DNA from: the human T2T-CHM13v2.0 reference genome, Homo sapiens
Reading direction: 5' to 3' (one strand)
Assembly: GCF_009914755.1 (NCBI RefSeq)
Contig: NC_060935.1
Length of the DNA stretch: 64,000 nt
Position numbers and translations under genes: made by a program
Shown: positions 13,823 to 27,499 of the stretch, in pieces
How the letters are laid out: the number at the start of each line of letters is the position of its first letter
Position numbering within the stretch: position 1 is the first letter of the stretch
Notes under the pieces: generated by a model
What the model saw: the letters and a program-made list of their open reading frames with translations, nothing else
Told to the model about the DNA's origin: nothing
Databases searched by the model: none

Positions 13823-16623
13823 CAAGATTTCTCTTAAATTCTTAGTTCCTTAAACTGGCAACATACCCAACTTTTTCACATCCTTCCTCTTGAATATTCA
13901 CAGAACTAAAAATAACAATACTTTGGTATTCAGCAGTTACTCTACTCTTCCATTAATTGAAATGGATTTTTTAGGGGAGGGGTGAGGAAGAAGATGGGAA
14001 GCCATATGATACTTTTGTCTTATATCTAGTTTACTGCCAACAGCCACCCTCAGGTCTTTTTCATATGTGATGCTGTAGAGCGATGCTACCTTAATGTATC
14101 CTGGTGTTTTTTAGGCCTTACATATATACTCCCAAAAAGTTCATCTAAACTTAGTACAACAACTCAGCCTCAAAAATTATTTTGGAACATTTAGTATATT
14201 ACCCAAAGCAAAGAACAAAGCCACCTTTCAAGATCAATGAATCTCTGGATGGGATCATTTAAAGTCAGAATTGTGTAAATTAATTATCACAATCAGCTGG
14301 TAGCTAACTTATTGTTCCCCCACTTTACTCTCAAGGATATCAAAATGACTTTACCAAAAGCTAAGCTTAAGTCCAAATATATTATAGCGTTGCTAGTCTA
14401 CTAACTGCATCAGAGAAAAATCTAAGTTGGTCTGGCAATCTAATTTTAACAAACCTATCCCTAATCATTTTTAAACTGTTTTTCTTCAAGTCAGTCATAA
14501 ATGAGTCCTTTCCATTTTTAATTCCAAAATCTCCTACCTGCTTCAAAATCAAGCCCAGAATCTCCCATCTTTTAGCAGTTCTTTTATTCTCAGAAAACCT
14601 TCAAAGATCACAAATAATAACAATAATTTTAAGGTGTTGCATGCAGTTCCTTTTATAAGATGTTTTAAATGGCCCAGAAGACAACTCATTTAATCAGATG
14701 AATTCTTTACCTCTATACTCATATTGGCCTTCATGTCCTTCCTATCAATGTTTGTCTTATTTCTATTTCTGTTAGAGGTGGTAGTGGTTTCCTCTTCCAC
14801 TTTGACAAAGAAGCTTCAAGAGCTAGATTTTTCCCTCTCATTGTCATGCATTATTATTATACTTTCCTTGATTATTATTCTTACATTAAATGTAATATAA
14901 GAAACCTTTTTTGGTGGTCTTGACATTTTTCTGAAGTCTCAGTTCATCTGAGCTCTAGTTTTCCTGATTTTTTGTTTATTTTTTATACTTTATGATGGTT
15001 ATCTTAGCTATTTGCTTTGCTTTAAAAGTAATGTGTATGTCTTTAAAGGGTTCACTGTGTAATCACACTGAAGATCTTTCTCTGTCAGAAAAATAATCAA
15101 TATTACATTTTTACTTAACTCCTTAAGACATTCTTTCTTTTTGGAGATATTTATGCTGTGAAATCATGCTGATCTTTTCTCTGATCAGTTATCAGAAAAA
15201 TGCGGATTGGTGAAATAAATTACAAAATATGTATGTACAAAACACTATGTAATCCTTTAAAATTATGCAATAGAAGATCACTTCATGACTAAAGGATGTT
15301 CATAATTAAATTTCTTTTTTTTCAAGGATAGGTTACATAACAGCACTACAGTAATGCCTTTTTAAGTGCATATGTGTTATTTTAGATTTTTATATATACA
15401 CAGAAAAAACAGGTTATATGCCAAAATATTTATTTTTCTTTTTATAATAGAAAAACTTATTTTCATTTTCTTCTATATGTTTTTCTGGGCTTACCAAATT
15501 TACCTAATGAGTATGTACCATTTTCACAATAAGACAGACATTATTATCTTAAAAGAATCAGCACAACCTGGGGAAAGTATCCTATAAAGTATAAGATTAA
15601 AAGGTCTAGCTTGAGATTCTGCTTTTATAACTCTATTTAATAAGCTGACAAAAACATTTCTGGACCCTAAACCACAAAAAAAGTCAATACAAGATACCAC
15701 GAACAGAACTATATAAATAAGTCATGACAACCATAAGATGACCATTCAAACTTTTAGAAATTAAATGGGGGAAATTAAAAGAACTTCCTGACACTTCAAG
15801 GAAAGAATGTTATAAACCATATAAATACATTAAAAACAAAGTAAATGTAAAATGCTGTATATCCCAAATGTCCAAAAAAATTAAGGATCAGCAGGATAAG
15901 GGTAATAAAGAGAGAAGGAAAAAAACCATTAGTCAAAATGTTTTAAATTGTTGTAAAATTTCCTAATAAAGTGAGCAATATCACCTGTTAAGATTTAAAA
16001 TCTCACAGGAAAAACCATTATCCTTATTTAGAAATTTTGTCTGGTTGAAAATTTATACTCACTAATCCAAAACCTCAGTGGCAGTAGTTAGATCATCTAT
16101 TCAGTTTCTGGGTTCTTTGACTTGAAAGAAAGTCACTTTAACCAATTAGAGCTTTATCATTTAAGTACATTCAGTTCTGTAAAGTACTATATATAAATGG
16201 TTCAGTTAATCCTTAGTTCATTCAAATGTAAAAATATATTCAATTCCTTCTTTAGAAAATTTCAATTATTTCATTTATCTTGAATTTTATTTTCAAATAA
16301 ATCAAAAATATTATTGCAAAATTACTCTCTCCTTAAATAAATTTTTAATGATATTCATAAAAAACAGTACCAAACACAATGCATTCTCAAGTTACTTGAA
16401 ATAAAACACAAAGCATCAAACCCACGAAAACAATAAAAACATATTTCATTTATTTTAAGTAACTTGCCATTAAACTGAAAATCAGACATATGATCTTTAT
16501 CTTTAGTCATGTAAATGATCATAATGAAACAAAGGTCACACATATCCCTCTCAATCTTTCTTTCAAATTCATATATGTAAATAATTATAACCCAGAGATA
16601 TCATGTAATAAATGAATACACAC

Positions 16624-16748
16624 CTTCCTTTAGTATATGCCAAGGTAGACACACAAAAACAAGAAAAAAATTTTGAAATCAGAGTATAAAGGGACTCTGC
16701 TCTTTCAAACAATGAAGCACTGAAAGCCAGGTCAGCATCCTTGGGCAT
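16624..16748 (-). CDS. BTBD10: BTBD10 alternative first coding exon: MPKDADLAFSASLFERAESLYTLISKFFSCFCVSTLAYTKG (41 codons + 2 nt)
   Basis: Open frame from ATG 16748 to donor GAAG|gtgtgt at 16624, in the same phase (2) as the exon 2 donor. Swapping 33 aa for 41 aa fits the recalled longer BTBD10 isoform. Confidence 0.8.
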
Positions 16749-16879
16749 TACTAGGAAACTTTAGCACATCTGATATTTCCATCATCTTCAAGATTCCTCT
16801 GAACAATCAGAAAATTCCCCAGTCTCCCCCTACCTCACCTGTCCATAGACTTCCTTTAGCTTCCTCCCTCTACTGTGTA

Positions 16880-17560
16880 ATAATGCTGTTGCAATATTTA
16901 GGCTTTAAATATTCAGAGATACAACCCCCTCTACATATTAATTCAGTTTATTTTCTCACAGACACTGACTCAGCCGTGGGTTGTGCAGCACTGACGTTTC
17001 TAACAAAACAGCATCGTGTGAGCTGTGATCGTCCCATTTCTCCATCTCTGAGCAGTGATTGGATATTGTAATTGATAGACAGGCATAACAAAACGCAGGA
17101 GTTGAGGGCTTAGAGATATGTAGATATGTTGCCAAATGCCATCTGTAAAGCTAATTCTAGCTCTGCCAGCTTGCCAGGGTTTAGAAAACTGGGATACAGC
17201 TAACTTTCTTTTTCCTTTCAAAATTTTATTGTGTATCCATTCTGGGCAGTAAAGCTCTTTAAAATCAAAGAGAAAATATTATTGTACTTAATTAAGAATC
17301 CACTCAAGAACTATTCTTTAAAGCAACCAAACTTTTGCATTTCTAAACTGCTGCTAGGGCTATGAAGTGACTTAAAAGGGAAACTGGAATGTTCAGACTT
17401 TATGCAGTCTCAGGAGAAACGAGCATGCGTACTTCCATGTGGGAATGAAACCTTGCGGCATAGTCTATACTGAATGTATGATGCATTTATCTTTAGTAAC
17501 CTGAGTGGACTGCAGACCTGAGTTTTATATGGTCATATTCCACCCAATTCAAATATTTAA
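16880..17560 (-). promoter_or_regulatory. Putative internal promoter / 5'UTR of the alternative BTBD10 first exon
   Basis: Repeat-free sequence upstream of the alternative exon with TGACTCAGC (AP-1/ARE core, 16966-16974), a CRE half-site TGACG (16992) and GCATGCG (17423). Confidence 0.45.
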
Positions 17561-18554
17561 GAGCTTTTAGTGTATCATCTATCTAGACATTTTAACCTTC
17601 TTATACAGAAAAAGTGCTTTTCTTTTTCTTTTTTAAATAGCAAAAGCTCCTCTAATTCATAATTTAAAAAGAAGTTGTCACAAATTCAGGCCAAATACAT
17701 TTCAACTGAAATGATCTTTAACATCTTCAGCAGGCTACCAAACTGTTCTATATGGATATCATACAAGTATATAACTATGCAACTCTATATATAACTATAC
17801 AACTACTCACCCAGAAACAAGTTGAGCAACTTATAAACAAATTCAGTAATTTTTAAACTAATTTTAAACCAATTCAGTAAATTTTAAACAAATTCAATCA
17901 TATAGACCTGCTGAGAGATCATAGGCACCCTAAAAGTCCATCCATGTTCAGACTAGTTTCTTTAACTGTAAACAAATTTTTAAAAGAGATATACATCTAC
18001 ATTCAAAAGAAAGTTTAAAAAAGAAAGCACCTTTTACTGAATATTCCCAACACAAAAAAAGATAAATATTTGAGATGATGGACATGCTACTTACTCTGAT
18101 ACGATCACTATATGATACACATATCACTAGGTACCCCATAAATATACACAATTATGTGCCAATTTTTAAAATTTTTTAATCTTTTGAAAAAAGAAGGAAA
18201 ATGATCAGAAATAAAATATAATAATTAAATGATTTTTTAAAGTACCTAAAGTTGTTTAGATAGAACAGAAACCATAAGGCAATGCTCTCAAACTCTCAAA
18301 CCTTAATGGTAAATACACATTAGATAGTAACTGTTGCTGTTACTTTTATAAATCAAATAATTTATTTTTATCCTAGCCAGCAAGGAAAAGTGGGGAAAAA
18401 AATCAAAAGTACAAGACGAGAAAAAGTCAGGCTATTCCAAAACATAAATAGAACAAAACAAAACACAAAATTTCAACAAGACAAAATTTAGATTAGCTAT
18501 AAAAACTAAACAATAAAGTATGCTTATTTCCTTACGTTTATAGATTTAAATCCC

Positions 18555-18940
18555 CAACTGTTCAAGGTGACAATGTGCCCAATTTAAAAACCATATTTCT
18601 CAGTCTCCCTGATCCAGAGATGGCCATATGACATGATTCTAGCCAATGACTGGTTTATAAGCAGATATCTGCTGGAAATTTCTGAGAAATTTAATTTCCT
18701 GATATAAATGAAGCCCTTTTCCATTTTTTCCTTCTTGTCTAGAAAGTGAAAATGATATCTGGAACTACAATATCCACCTTGTGATAATGAGAGGAAAGCC
18801 AAGAAAATAAGAGATTTCTGACCCTAACATCCTTAAGCCACTAAACATGCACCCGCCATTGCCTATCTCTGGATTTCTTATTTAAAAGAATAATAAACCC
18901 CTAACATCAGCCAGTGTTTAGTCTTGTTTTCTTTTACTCA
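18555..18940. mobile_element. LTR33/LTR16-like ERVL LTR
   Basis: caatgtgccca...tggccatatgacatgattctagccaatga (recalled consensus). Confidence 0.6.
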
Positions 18941-19837
18941 AACATACCTAAATAAAATACACAATATTCAAAAAAGGAATGAGAGTAGGAGAGGCATGAT
19001 GAAACAAAATCAGCCATGAGTTGGTAACTTCAAGCTGGGTGATGAATACCAGGGGTTCATTACATCTGTTCTATTTTGCATGTATTTAAAATATACCATA
19101 ATAAATTATGTAAAATTTGAAAAAGAAAACAATGAGAAACTTGTTTATAAATCCCAGCTCTGCTATTTACAAGTTGGATGGTCCTGGGCAAGTTTACTCA
19201 TTTCGTTTTTTTTCATTTGCCACATGGGAACAATAATACTATCCACAGAGCTCCAACTTCAGATCCAGTCAAGGTAATCTGAAGATCCATGCCAGAAATG
19301 TCCTCCATCTACCTAATACTCTAATCATCCAGGATTACCTCAAGTCTCATTTTCACCTACTCAAGCTGATAATTATTCTTTCTCTGAACTCTTATTTTAT
19401 AACTCATTACCATAGTTTAAGTGCCTTATTGTCCTCTAATAGTTCCATGCGTGGATACTAAACTATTCCATAACAGTGCACTTTTGAATCTCTCCTGAAC
19501 TGAAGGCAAGTTCTCATTAATACTTGCTATTACTTTTTAAAACCTCTCAGCCAATTAATTTACTATGAATTCAAAAAGTAACACTTTTAAAAAGTCAAAT
19601 CATACTTTTTAAGTGTCCTAAGTTATATGTTCCTAAGCATATGGGACAGGAGGTCTCTAAAAGTTCTTCCTTGGGCAGATTTTCCATGAATGAGGCTAAA
19701 ATAAACTCATTTAACAGACTTCATAGTCTTTGCATTAAAAAAAAATCAATTCACTGGTATTTATTTTCTATTTTACTTTAATGTTTTTCACTCAAATAAC
19801 CCTAAATACTGCTGCAGTCTACCTAAAAAGAGCTCCA

Positions 19838-20005
19838 ATTAGCTGAGTGTGGTGGTAGCGGTGCATGCCTGTAGTCCTAGGTACTCCAGAGGCTGAGGAG
19901 GGAGGATTGCTTAAGCCTAGGAAGCAGAGGTTGCAGTAAGTTGAGATGGTGCCACTGCGCTCCAGCCTGACAGAGTGAGAACCCATTTCAAAAAAAAAAA
20001 AGAAT
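19838..20005 (+). mobile_element. Alu right monomer (FRAM or truncated AluJ)
   Basis: Right arm plus poly(A). Confidence 0.85.
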
Positions 20006-20340
20006 AAAAACAGCACTAAAAAGTTACTGATGTTACAGCTATCAAGAAGAGCTTTGAGTATTTGTTACTGACAATGAAACAACAATAATGAAAAATGCAC
20101 TGTTCATTTTTATTAATTTTTCCCACTGTATGTATGTAGCTTTTATAAAATAATGGCTTATTTTCTCCCTTGTCACCTCTTCATTATATAGTGCAGTATT
20201 ATACCTTAGCAATCTGTTTTTCAGCAGAAAAACAGCAAGAACTAGGATGAATACTATATAATTCACTTGAAAAAAATACACATATATATAACATAGTAGA
20301 TATAAATACAGCCCCACATTTAATGTGATAAAACCAATAC

Positions 20341-20621
20341 TTTTTTTTTTTTGAGACAGCGTCTCACTCTGTCACCCAGGCTGGAATGCAGTGGCCTACT
20401 GTAACCTCCACCTACCAGGTTCAAGGAATTCTCGTGCCTCAACCTCCCAAGCAGCTGGAATTACAGGTGCATGCCACCATTCCCGGCTAATTTTTGTATT
20501 TTTAGTACAGACAGGGTTTTGTCACGTTGGCCAGGCTGGTCTCAAACTCCTGACCTCAAGTGATCTGCCTGCCTCGGCCTCCCAAAGTGTTGGGATTACA
20601 GACATGAACCACCACACCTGG
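20341..20621 (-). mobile_element. Alu (S/J)
   Basis: Alu consensus; TSD aaaaccaa. Confidence 0.92.
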
Positions 20622-21762
20622 CAAAACCAACATATCTTTAATCTAAATGACAAAATAATATCCATGAAATAGAGAAAAAGAACAAAAGCCCCAGTTTGGA
20701 TGCTGACACACACACACACAGAATGAACAAACATAAAAAACCAAAAAAACACTCATACAATTTGGCATGGACTTATAAATTATTAAAAAGTCAACTTAAT
20801 ATTAACATTTTAGACCTCATAACATTAAAAGTCCACAATAAAAGTGAACATATTATCAGGAGACTTAAAAAGTACCAATCACTCAAATTTTCTAGCTATA
20901 GTATATAAAGTACCTGAACTATTTCTTTAAAATCACAAAAACGATTTCATTATCACAATATTATGGCTTTTTTTTTTCAAGAAAGCTGGTATTTGTTATC
21001 AGTGGTAAGAAGAAATTTATATTCAAGTAAGTTAAATGCTCAATAATATCCCCTAAGTAATATTCATAGAAGATATTGCTTTATGAAAACATGCTTACAT
21101 ACCTGTAATATGTGAGGTTTCTGAGTTGTCAATTAACATCTTAAAATTTCAGATCAAAGTGTACAAAATGAGGCATTCCTCATTAAGTTACACAGCAGAA
21201 AATGAAAGTTTTAAAAATAATAGATAGATGGCCTGAAACTTGAAATGAATTTTATTTCACGCAGCAAACTTTAAATAAACCAGTAGAGTCATTCCAGAAA
21301 GATTAATTTTTCTCATTAATGAGAAGGATGACAACACAATATAAACTCAGATAGTTAAAAACGTATGAAGCAAACACTGACATAAATCTATATATTATCC
21401 TGTGTAAGGTATACAATGTATTTAGAGCACAAAATAAATTCCTATTAGAGAGTTTTAAACACAAAGAACTAACCTGTCATGTGAGAGTCCCCAATTAAGT
21501 AAATTATAGCATTTATTCATGGGGTCAACTAGGGAGATTTTCACCATCTTTAGAGACAGAAATAAATATTCAAATACAAATATTAAAAAATTAAAAAGAA
21601 ATGTTTCTCCAAAAGTTATCTATGGAGACAGATAAACATTCACAACGTTTTGTAAAACAGCCCCCATTCTCTGACAGGAATTGCCACAACCAAATGCAGT
21701 AGTATTCTTTACAATCAGTTTTTAGCAGAGCTTTCATATGCGAAATACATATTTTCTACCTA

Positions 21763-21885
<123 letters not shown>

Positions 21886-23849
21886 CTACTGCTCTGAAAG
21901 CACACATGTAGCACCCATAACCTACATAAAAGAGCAGTGTTGACCTTTAAATCTATTCCACGCAGAATAAAATAGTCATAGAATTGTACAGACTTGATAT
22001 TATTGTGACATATTTTTAAAGTGATGAATAGATTATAAAATACTAACCATACAAATGCCACAAATCAAATTAAAATAAACACCAGGGGTCTTCTTAAGTA
22101 CTTTTCATTTGATTTGTCTATTAAATCTGCTACCACTATGTAACAGTTTAATAATGTGCTCTTTATATTTAGTAAATATACTTAAACAACTACTGTATAG
22201 GTACCTCATGTATCCAAATATCATTATGGTACCAAAAAGGCAAAAACAATTCCACAGAATGATTATTTTAGACACAATTTCACTTGGAACATATTTCCTA
22301 ATTACTAAAAGTTTAAGATGCTTAGGAAAGCATGTAGTAAAACCAAATAACCAATGTTATTATTTCTTTAATGATTATTCCTTTAACGAAGTTAAAAACT
22401 CTGAATAGAAATTTAATTTTTACTCAAAAATAAATGTACGTAAGCATTCTGATGTTTCCTTATAGTGCAATAACCATAAAAATGTTTTATCAATGCAATT
22501 CATATACTTTATGCCTTTTCACATGTGAGGCTTGTAACTGCTATTTCTACTATAGTCAAATGAAATGATAAGGAAACTCACTTAACAACAGCTTTACAGA
22601 ATATCTGAGCTAAACACTTTTAAACCACATTCACTATCCAATTTAATGTTCACAATCACCTTGCAAGGTAGGCATTATGATCCCCATATACAGAATAGAA
22701 AGCCTCAGAATTTTAGTAACTTTGCCAAAGATCACAATGCTGCTAAATGGTATTATAAAGAACAAGGATAATTCACTATATAGAATAAAATCTTGATCTC
22801 GAAAAATGCTGAGACTAAAGTATTTGTTTGGAAATAGATGATTTGACTTTCAGAAATTGCAGACACCAAAAGAGAAACCAAATGAAGTTAAACAATTTAA
22901 ACAAAGCTATACAATTTGGACTGGAACTCAGGTTTCCTGACACCCACTCCTGTATACCTTCTATATACTTTTCCAAGCTGGATTTGATGGTGGGAGGTGA
23001 GGTAGAGTTGTACATAAAAGTCAAAGGGAAATTCCAAAACTGGGAAAATACTATACTTTCCTGAGTTTTACACAGTATTGCAGTACAAGTTCACAAAGAA
23101 TGCCAAAGATAAACTCATTAAAATTGTGTTCATATCAAAAATCAGTAGAAAATACATTTTCATTTTAGAGAAACAATTTTACTATAATTTTTTTCTCATA
23201 GTACCTTCTTTCTAAAAACAGCTGAAAATTTTATAATAAATGAGCATTTAATATAATAAATACATAAATAAGTAGGTAGATCCATGAGTGAAATAAAAAT
23301 AAAAGTGGGGGAAAGGAAGAACTGCTGATTCAAATTCTTCCTTTGAATCTATGACTGATGCAAATTCCTGAGCAAATGCCACATAGTTTATTTGCTGAAT
23401 GCTCCTGGAAAAGGAAGCCTATTTCCTATTTGTTATTTCCTTAAGAATGACTGTATCATAAATCAATCAGGTATTAGATGACTATAAAAACCATGAATTA
23501 TTTTGAACATAAAAATATGTCAATGTCATCTGAATTTTAGATTATAAAAATAAAAATGTATTCATTACAAAAAAACTTATAAAAAACCTCAATTTTACTT
23601 TATGACTAGTTATCTGTACTGAAGAGATGAGGTCAAAGAGAAGAAAATGGGGAGAATGAACAAATCGGAGAAGCAAAGGAGAAAGAAAAAAAGTAGTCAC
23701 CAAAAGAGATGCAAAAGGTATAAAGATAGTAGAAAGAAACAATGTGAGAAAATAAAGATGTAGAGATTTGGCAGATTCTGTAGAATGAGATTTAGAACAA
23801 TTTTTCCTTACTCTACATATCCTCAAGTATAAACTATTTCAGGGATTAA

Positions 23850-24140
23850 CCTTTCTTTCTCTTCTTTTCTTTCTTCTTTCTCTTTATCTCTCCTCTTCTT
23901 TTTCTTTTTCTTTCTCTCTTTCTTTGAACTCTAGGCCTCAAGTGATCCTCCCACCTCAGCCTCCCAAAGTGGTAGGATTACAGGCATGAGCCATGGCACC
24001 CAGCCGTTTCTTTCGAGACAGGGTCTCAATCTGTCACCCAGAGTGGAGTACAATGGTGCAATCATAACTCACTGCAGTCTCCAACTCCTGGGCTCAAATG
24101 ATCCTCCCACTTCAGCCTCCAGAATATCTGGGAATACAGA
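23850..24140 (-). mobile_element. CT-rich tract followed by two partial Alu pieces
   Basis: Left-arm 5' piece at ~23925-24005 and right-arm piece at ~24007-24140. Confidence 0.8.
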
Positions 24141-24829
24141 CTAACATATCTTTGAAGAGCATTTTATCTCTTCCTTTTCCTTAACTATCAGATACTCTTC
24201 TGAATAGGATAGCCACAGATGTCCACTGAGGGAAGAATGATCCTAAACCATGGGTGGCAGTGACCAAAAAGCTAACTACAAGGAATAGATAAGCAAGGCA
24301 AATTCAGATTCAGATTTTCTACCACTATTACACTGGTTGGTAAACAGGTGGCAGGAGCGAAATTCCCATGTGTTTTCCTAATCAATCCTATTTAATCAGC
24401 ATGTATTTCACAGCAAGCCATAAGAAAGTAATGAATGTTCAGATAAAGGTGCTCAAAAATCAGCTGAAAAATCATATTCACATTTCATTTGTCAATAAAA
24501 CTTAGGTATTACCACATGAAAGATTTTTCCCCAGCCCTCACATCCAGTAGTCATAGGGTTACAAGCACACTAAAAAATAAGCGGAATTCAAATTGAGATG
24601 TTTGGAAAAACTATGCCTATGTTTGCCTACACAAACATAACGTGTTTTATGTTTGTGTAAAATACACAAAAATGCTAGTGTTTTTAAATTTTATCAATAA
24701 GCTAAGTTATAACTGTAAATGGTTGAAAGGCCACTGGCACATATTATATACTATTTTGTAATATCTGATAATCTCTTCAGTTTTAACCATCCTCTGTGCC
24801 ATTCTCAGTGACAGTATATTTGTTGGATT

Positions 24830-25560
24830 TCATTCATTCATTCAAGCACTTATAAGCATTTACTACAATATGCCAATATGCAAGGTGCTGAAGTAAGTTA
24901 GACATTATTCCTGTACTCAAAAAACTCATCTTAGAAAGGGGAAAAAAGACACCTCTCATGATTCCATATCCTGTATCTCTCTCCCACCTGGAGCACTTCT
25001 ATTCAAGTTCTACTGTTGCCTCATCCTTCACCCTCATTAAATCTTGGTGTTTATTAGGATTCCATCTTCCTCTCTTCTCTACTTGCTGGTTTGAGAGAGA
25101 CAGCAAACAAAATAGAAATGAGGACCAAACCCTTGCAAATATCAGGATTTATACACTACATAGAATCTATGTTTGCATTATCACTATCTGAATTATTTAA
25201 CAGGCACCCCAACTTCAATAGTCAGTCTCATCATCTTGGCCTCTCACATCAATTAATGTCATTTCTATTCATCAAGCTAAAAACTTTGAAGTCATCCTTG
25301 ACTTCTTTTTCATTTCCCCACACCAAGTCTACTTTAGAATCTTCTTTTGACTCCTTCTCTCCCTTTCATTCATACGAGTGCTGCCTTTATTTAAGCCCTT
25401 ATCATCTATCAGTAAAAATGTTGGCTGACCTCCTTACCACCATTCAATTCCTTACTAGCTTTGCTGTAATCAGAACGGCCTTCCTAAAAACTGAATGGCT
25501 CCTCGTTTCCTATATCTAAACTCCTTACTATAAAAAGGTCCTTCAGAATCTGGCACTTGA
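24830..25560. mobile_element. L2 fragments (both orientations)
   Basis: cattcattcattcaa end and pyrimidine-rich L2 ORF2 remnant. Confidence 0.6.
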
Positions 25561-26329
25561 ATCCCCAATGTCCAGAAAAACTAAAGTTTATTGTTGTTTG
25601 GATCTTGTAATCATCAAAAAATAATTACCAGACAACCGAAAATAAAATTCCTGGAAAATATGTCACTATTCATTACTATGTTTAGGCATGATAGAAATAA
25701 ATTTAAATTCAAAATAATCTAGAAATCATCTGTACAGAGGCTGGAACCACTGGGCCTGTTGGCTAGGGGCAGGCATTCAGGAGACTGCCAAAAGTTAACT
25801 GAGAAAAAGATGATGCAATTATTTCCCCTTCTCTTGGACATTCTGTCTAAACAGGAGGTGGGGGTTGGGGGATAGGCAGAATCTTCAAGACTATAGTAAC
25901 AAAATAAATAATTGCTCCTCGGGACACTATTTCCAGGTAGTATCAATTAATGGTAATGATAAATGGAAGAACAAAACAAAACAAAACAAAGACAATGCAC
26001 AGTGTATGGAGACCACTTATTCTATTTTCACTATCGAAGTTCTAGGAAGTTTATATATTTTCTCCTACTTAAACCTTAAAACAACTCTATATTATTATCC
26101 TGTTTCATATATGAGGAAATCTTAAGAGATAAGATTAAAACCCCAGTCTAACAAAAAGCCCATGTTATTTCCAATGCACCAAGCAAGGTATATAAAAATT
26201 GGTACTTTTTTCAAGTCCAAAAGAGTTTAAAGGGAAAAAAAAAAAGAATTGATATTTTTGCTTATTACCAACAATGTGCCTTTTAAACCTCAGCCATCTT
26301 GTGGCTTCATCCAGCCTACTAAAATCTTA

Positions 26330-26721
26330 CTCTTAGTCCATTTTCTGTTGCTGTAACAGAATATCTGACACTGCGTAGTTTATAATGAACAGGAATTTAT
26401 TTAGCTCATGGTTCTGGAGGCTGGAAAGTCCAAAAGCATGTCAGTAGCATGAGGCAAGGGCCTTCATGCTGTGTCATCTATGATAGAAGGTAGAAAGGCA
26501 AGAGAACTTGGGTGAGAGAAAACACTAAGGGCTGGGCTCACTTTTATAATAACCAGCTCTCTTGATAACTGACCAACTCCTGAAATTAACTACATTAATC
26601 CATTTATTAGGGCTCCACCCTCATGACTCAATCAGCATTTATTAGGCCCTTCCCAGCACTTTTACAATGGGGATAAAGTTTCCAACACATGGATTTTTGG
26701 GGACACAGTCAAACCATAGCA
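26330..26721 (-). mobile_element. MST-type MaLR LTR
   Basis: tcttagtccatttt...ggttctggaggctgg...aaaccatagca. Confidence 0.85.
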
Positions 26722-27499
26722 CACTCTAAATAGTGTCATTACACAACAGCTTTTCTATTAATGTAAAATTATTTTTATCTCTCAAACTTTGTAGACAAAA
26801 TATTTCAAGTGTAGCCATTACTAGAAAGACCTGATAGATAAGAGAGGGGGAATAGTGAAGAGGATAGAATTACATAGTGATCCCAGAATCAGACGACAAG
26901 GGCTGCCTTCAGCTACAGAGGTCCAAATATCCAAATATATGGATGGTAAAGACTGACCAGGAGGAAGCCAAGACGACACCTGAGACAGTTAAATGTCCTA
27001 AGATGACATTCTCTATGTGGAAAGGACCAAAAGGAGGAGAGAGAGCCCCAAAGAGCAAATTAATCACTTGATACCGGCAGACAAAAGAGTAAATACCTGA
27101 ATGTTCACAAAGTTAATTTTGTACTAACGACAAAGAAGGCCTTCAGAGGGGCCTACATGGAGGAAGAATTCTAAGGGCCAGAAACTGAAAGATCACTTGA
27201 TGAGCTTCTATCCTTAGGAATAAAAGAGAGACTGTATCACTAAAAACACAGAAAATGTATGATATGGATATAACCACCATGAAAATGTTTATAATTTCCT
27301 CTTGATTGCTAATCTACTCTAAATTCTCCCATGGAGTGTAACATAAATCCAAAAATTAATTGACAGAGAACTGAACAGTCATTTTTAGCAACATCAAGAA
27401 CTGAAAGAGCTTGAGGGATTGCAAACTATCACAGATAATAATGTAGGACAAAGAACAGGTGGAAGCAACTTTTAAAAGAAAAGGAGATCAGACAGACGG

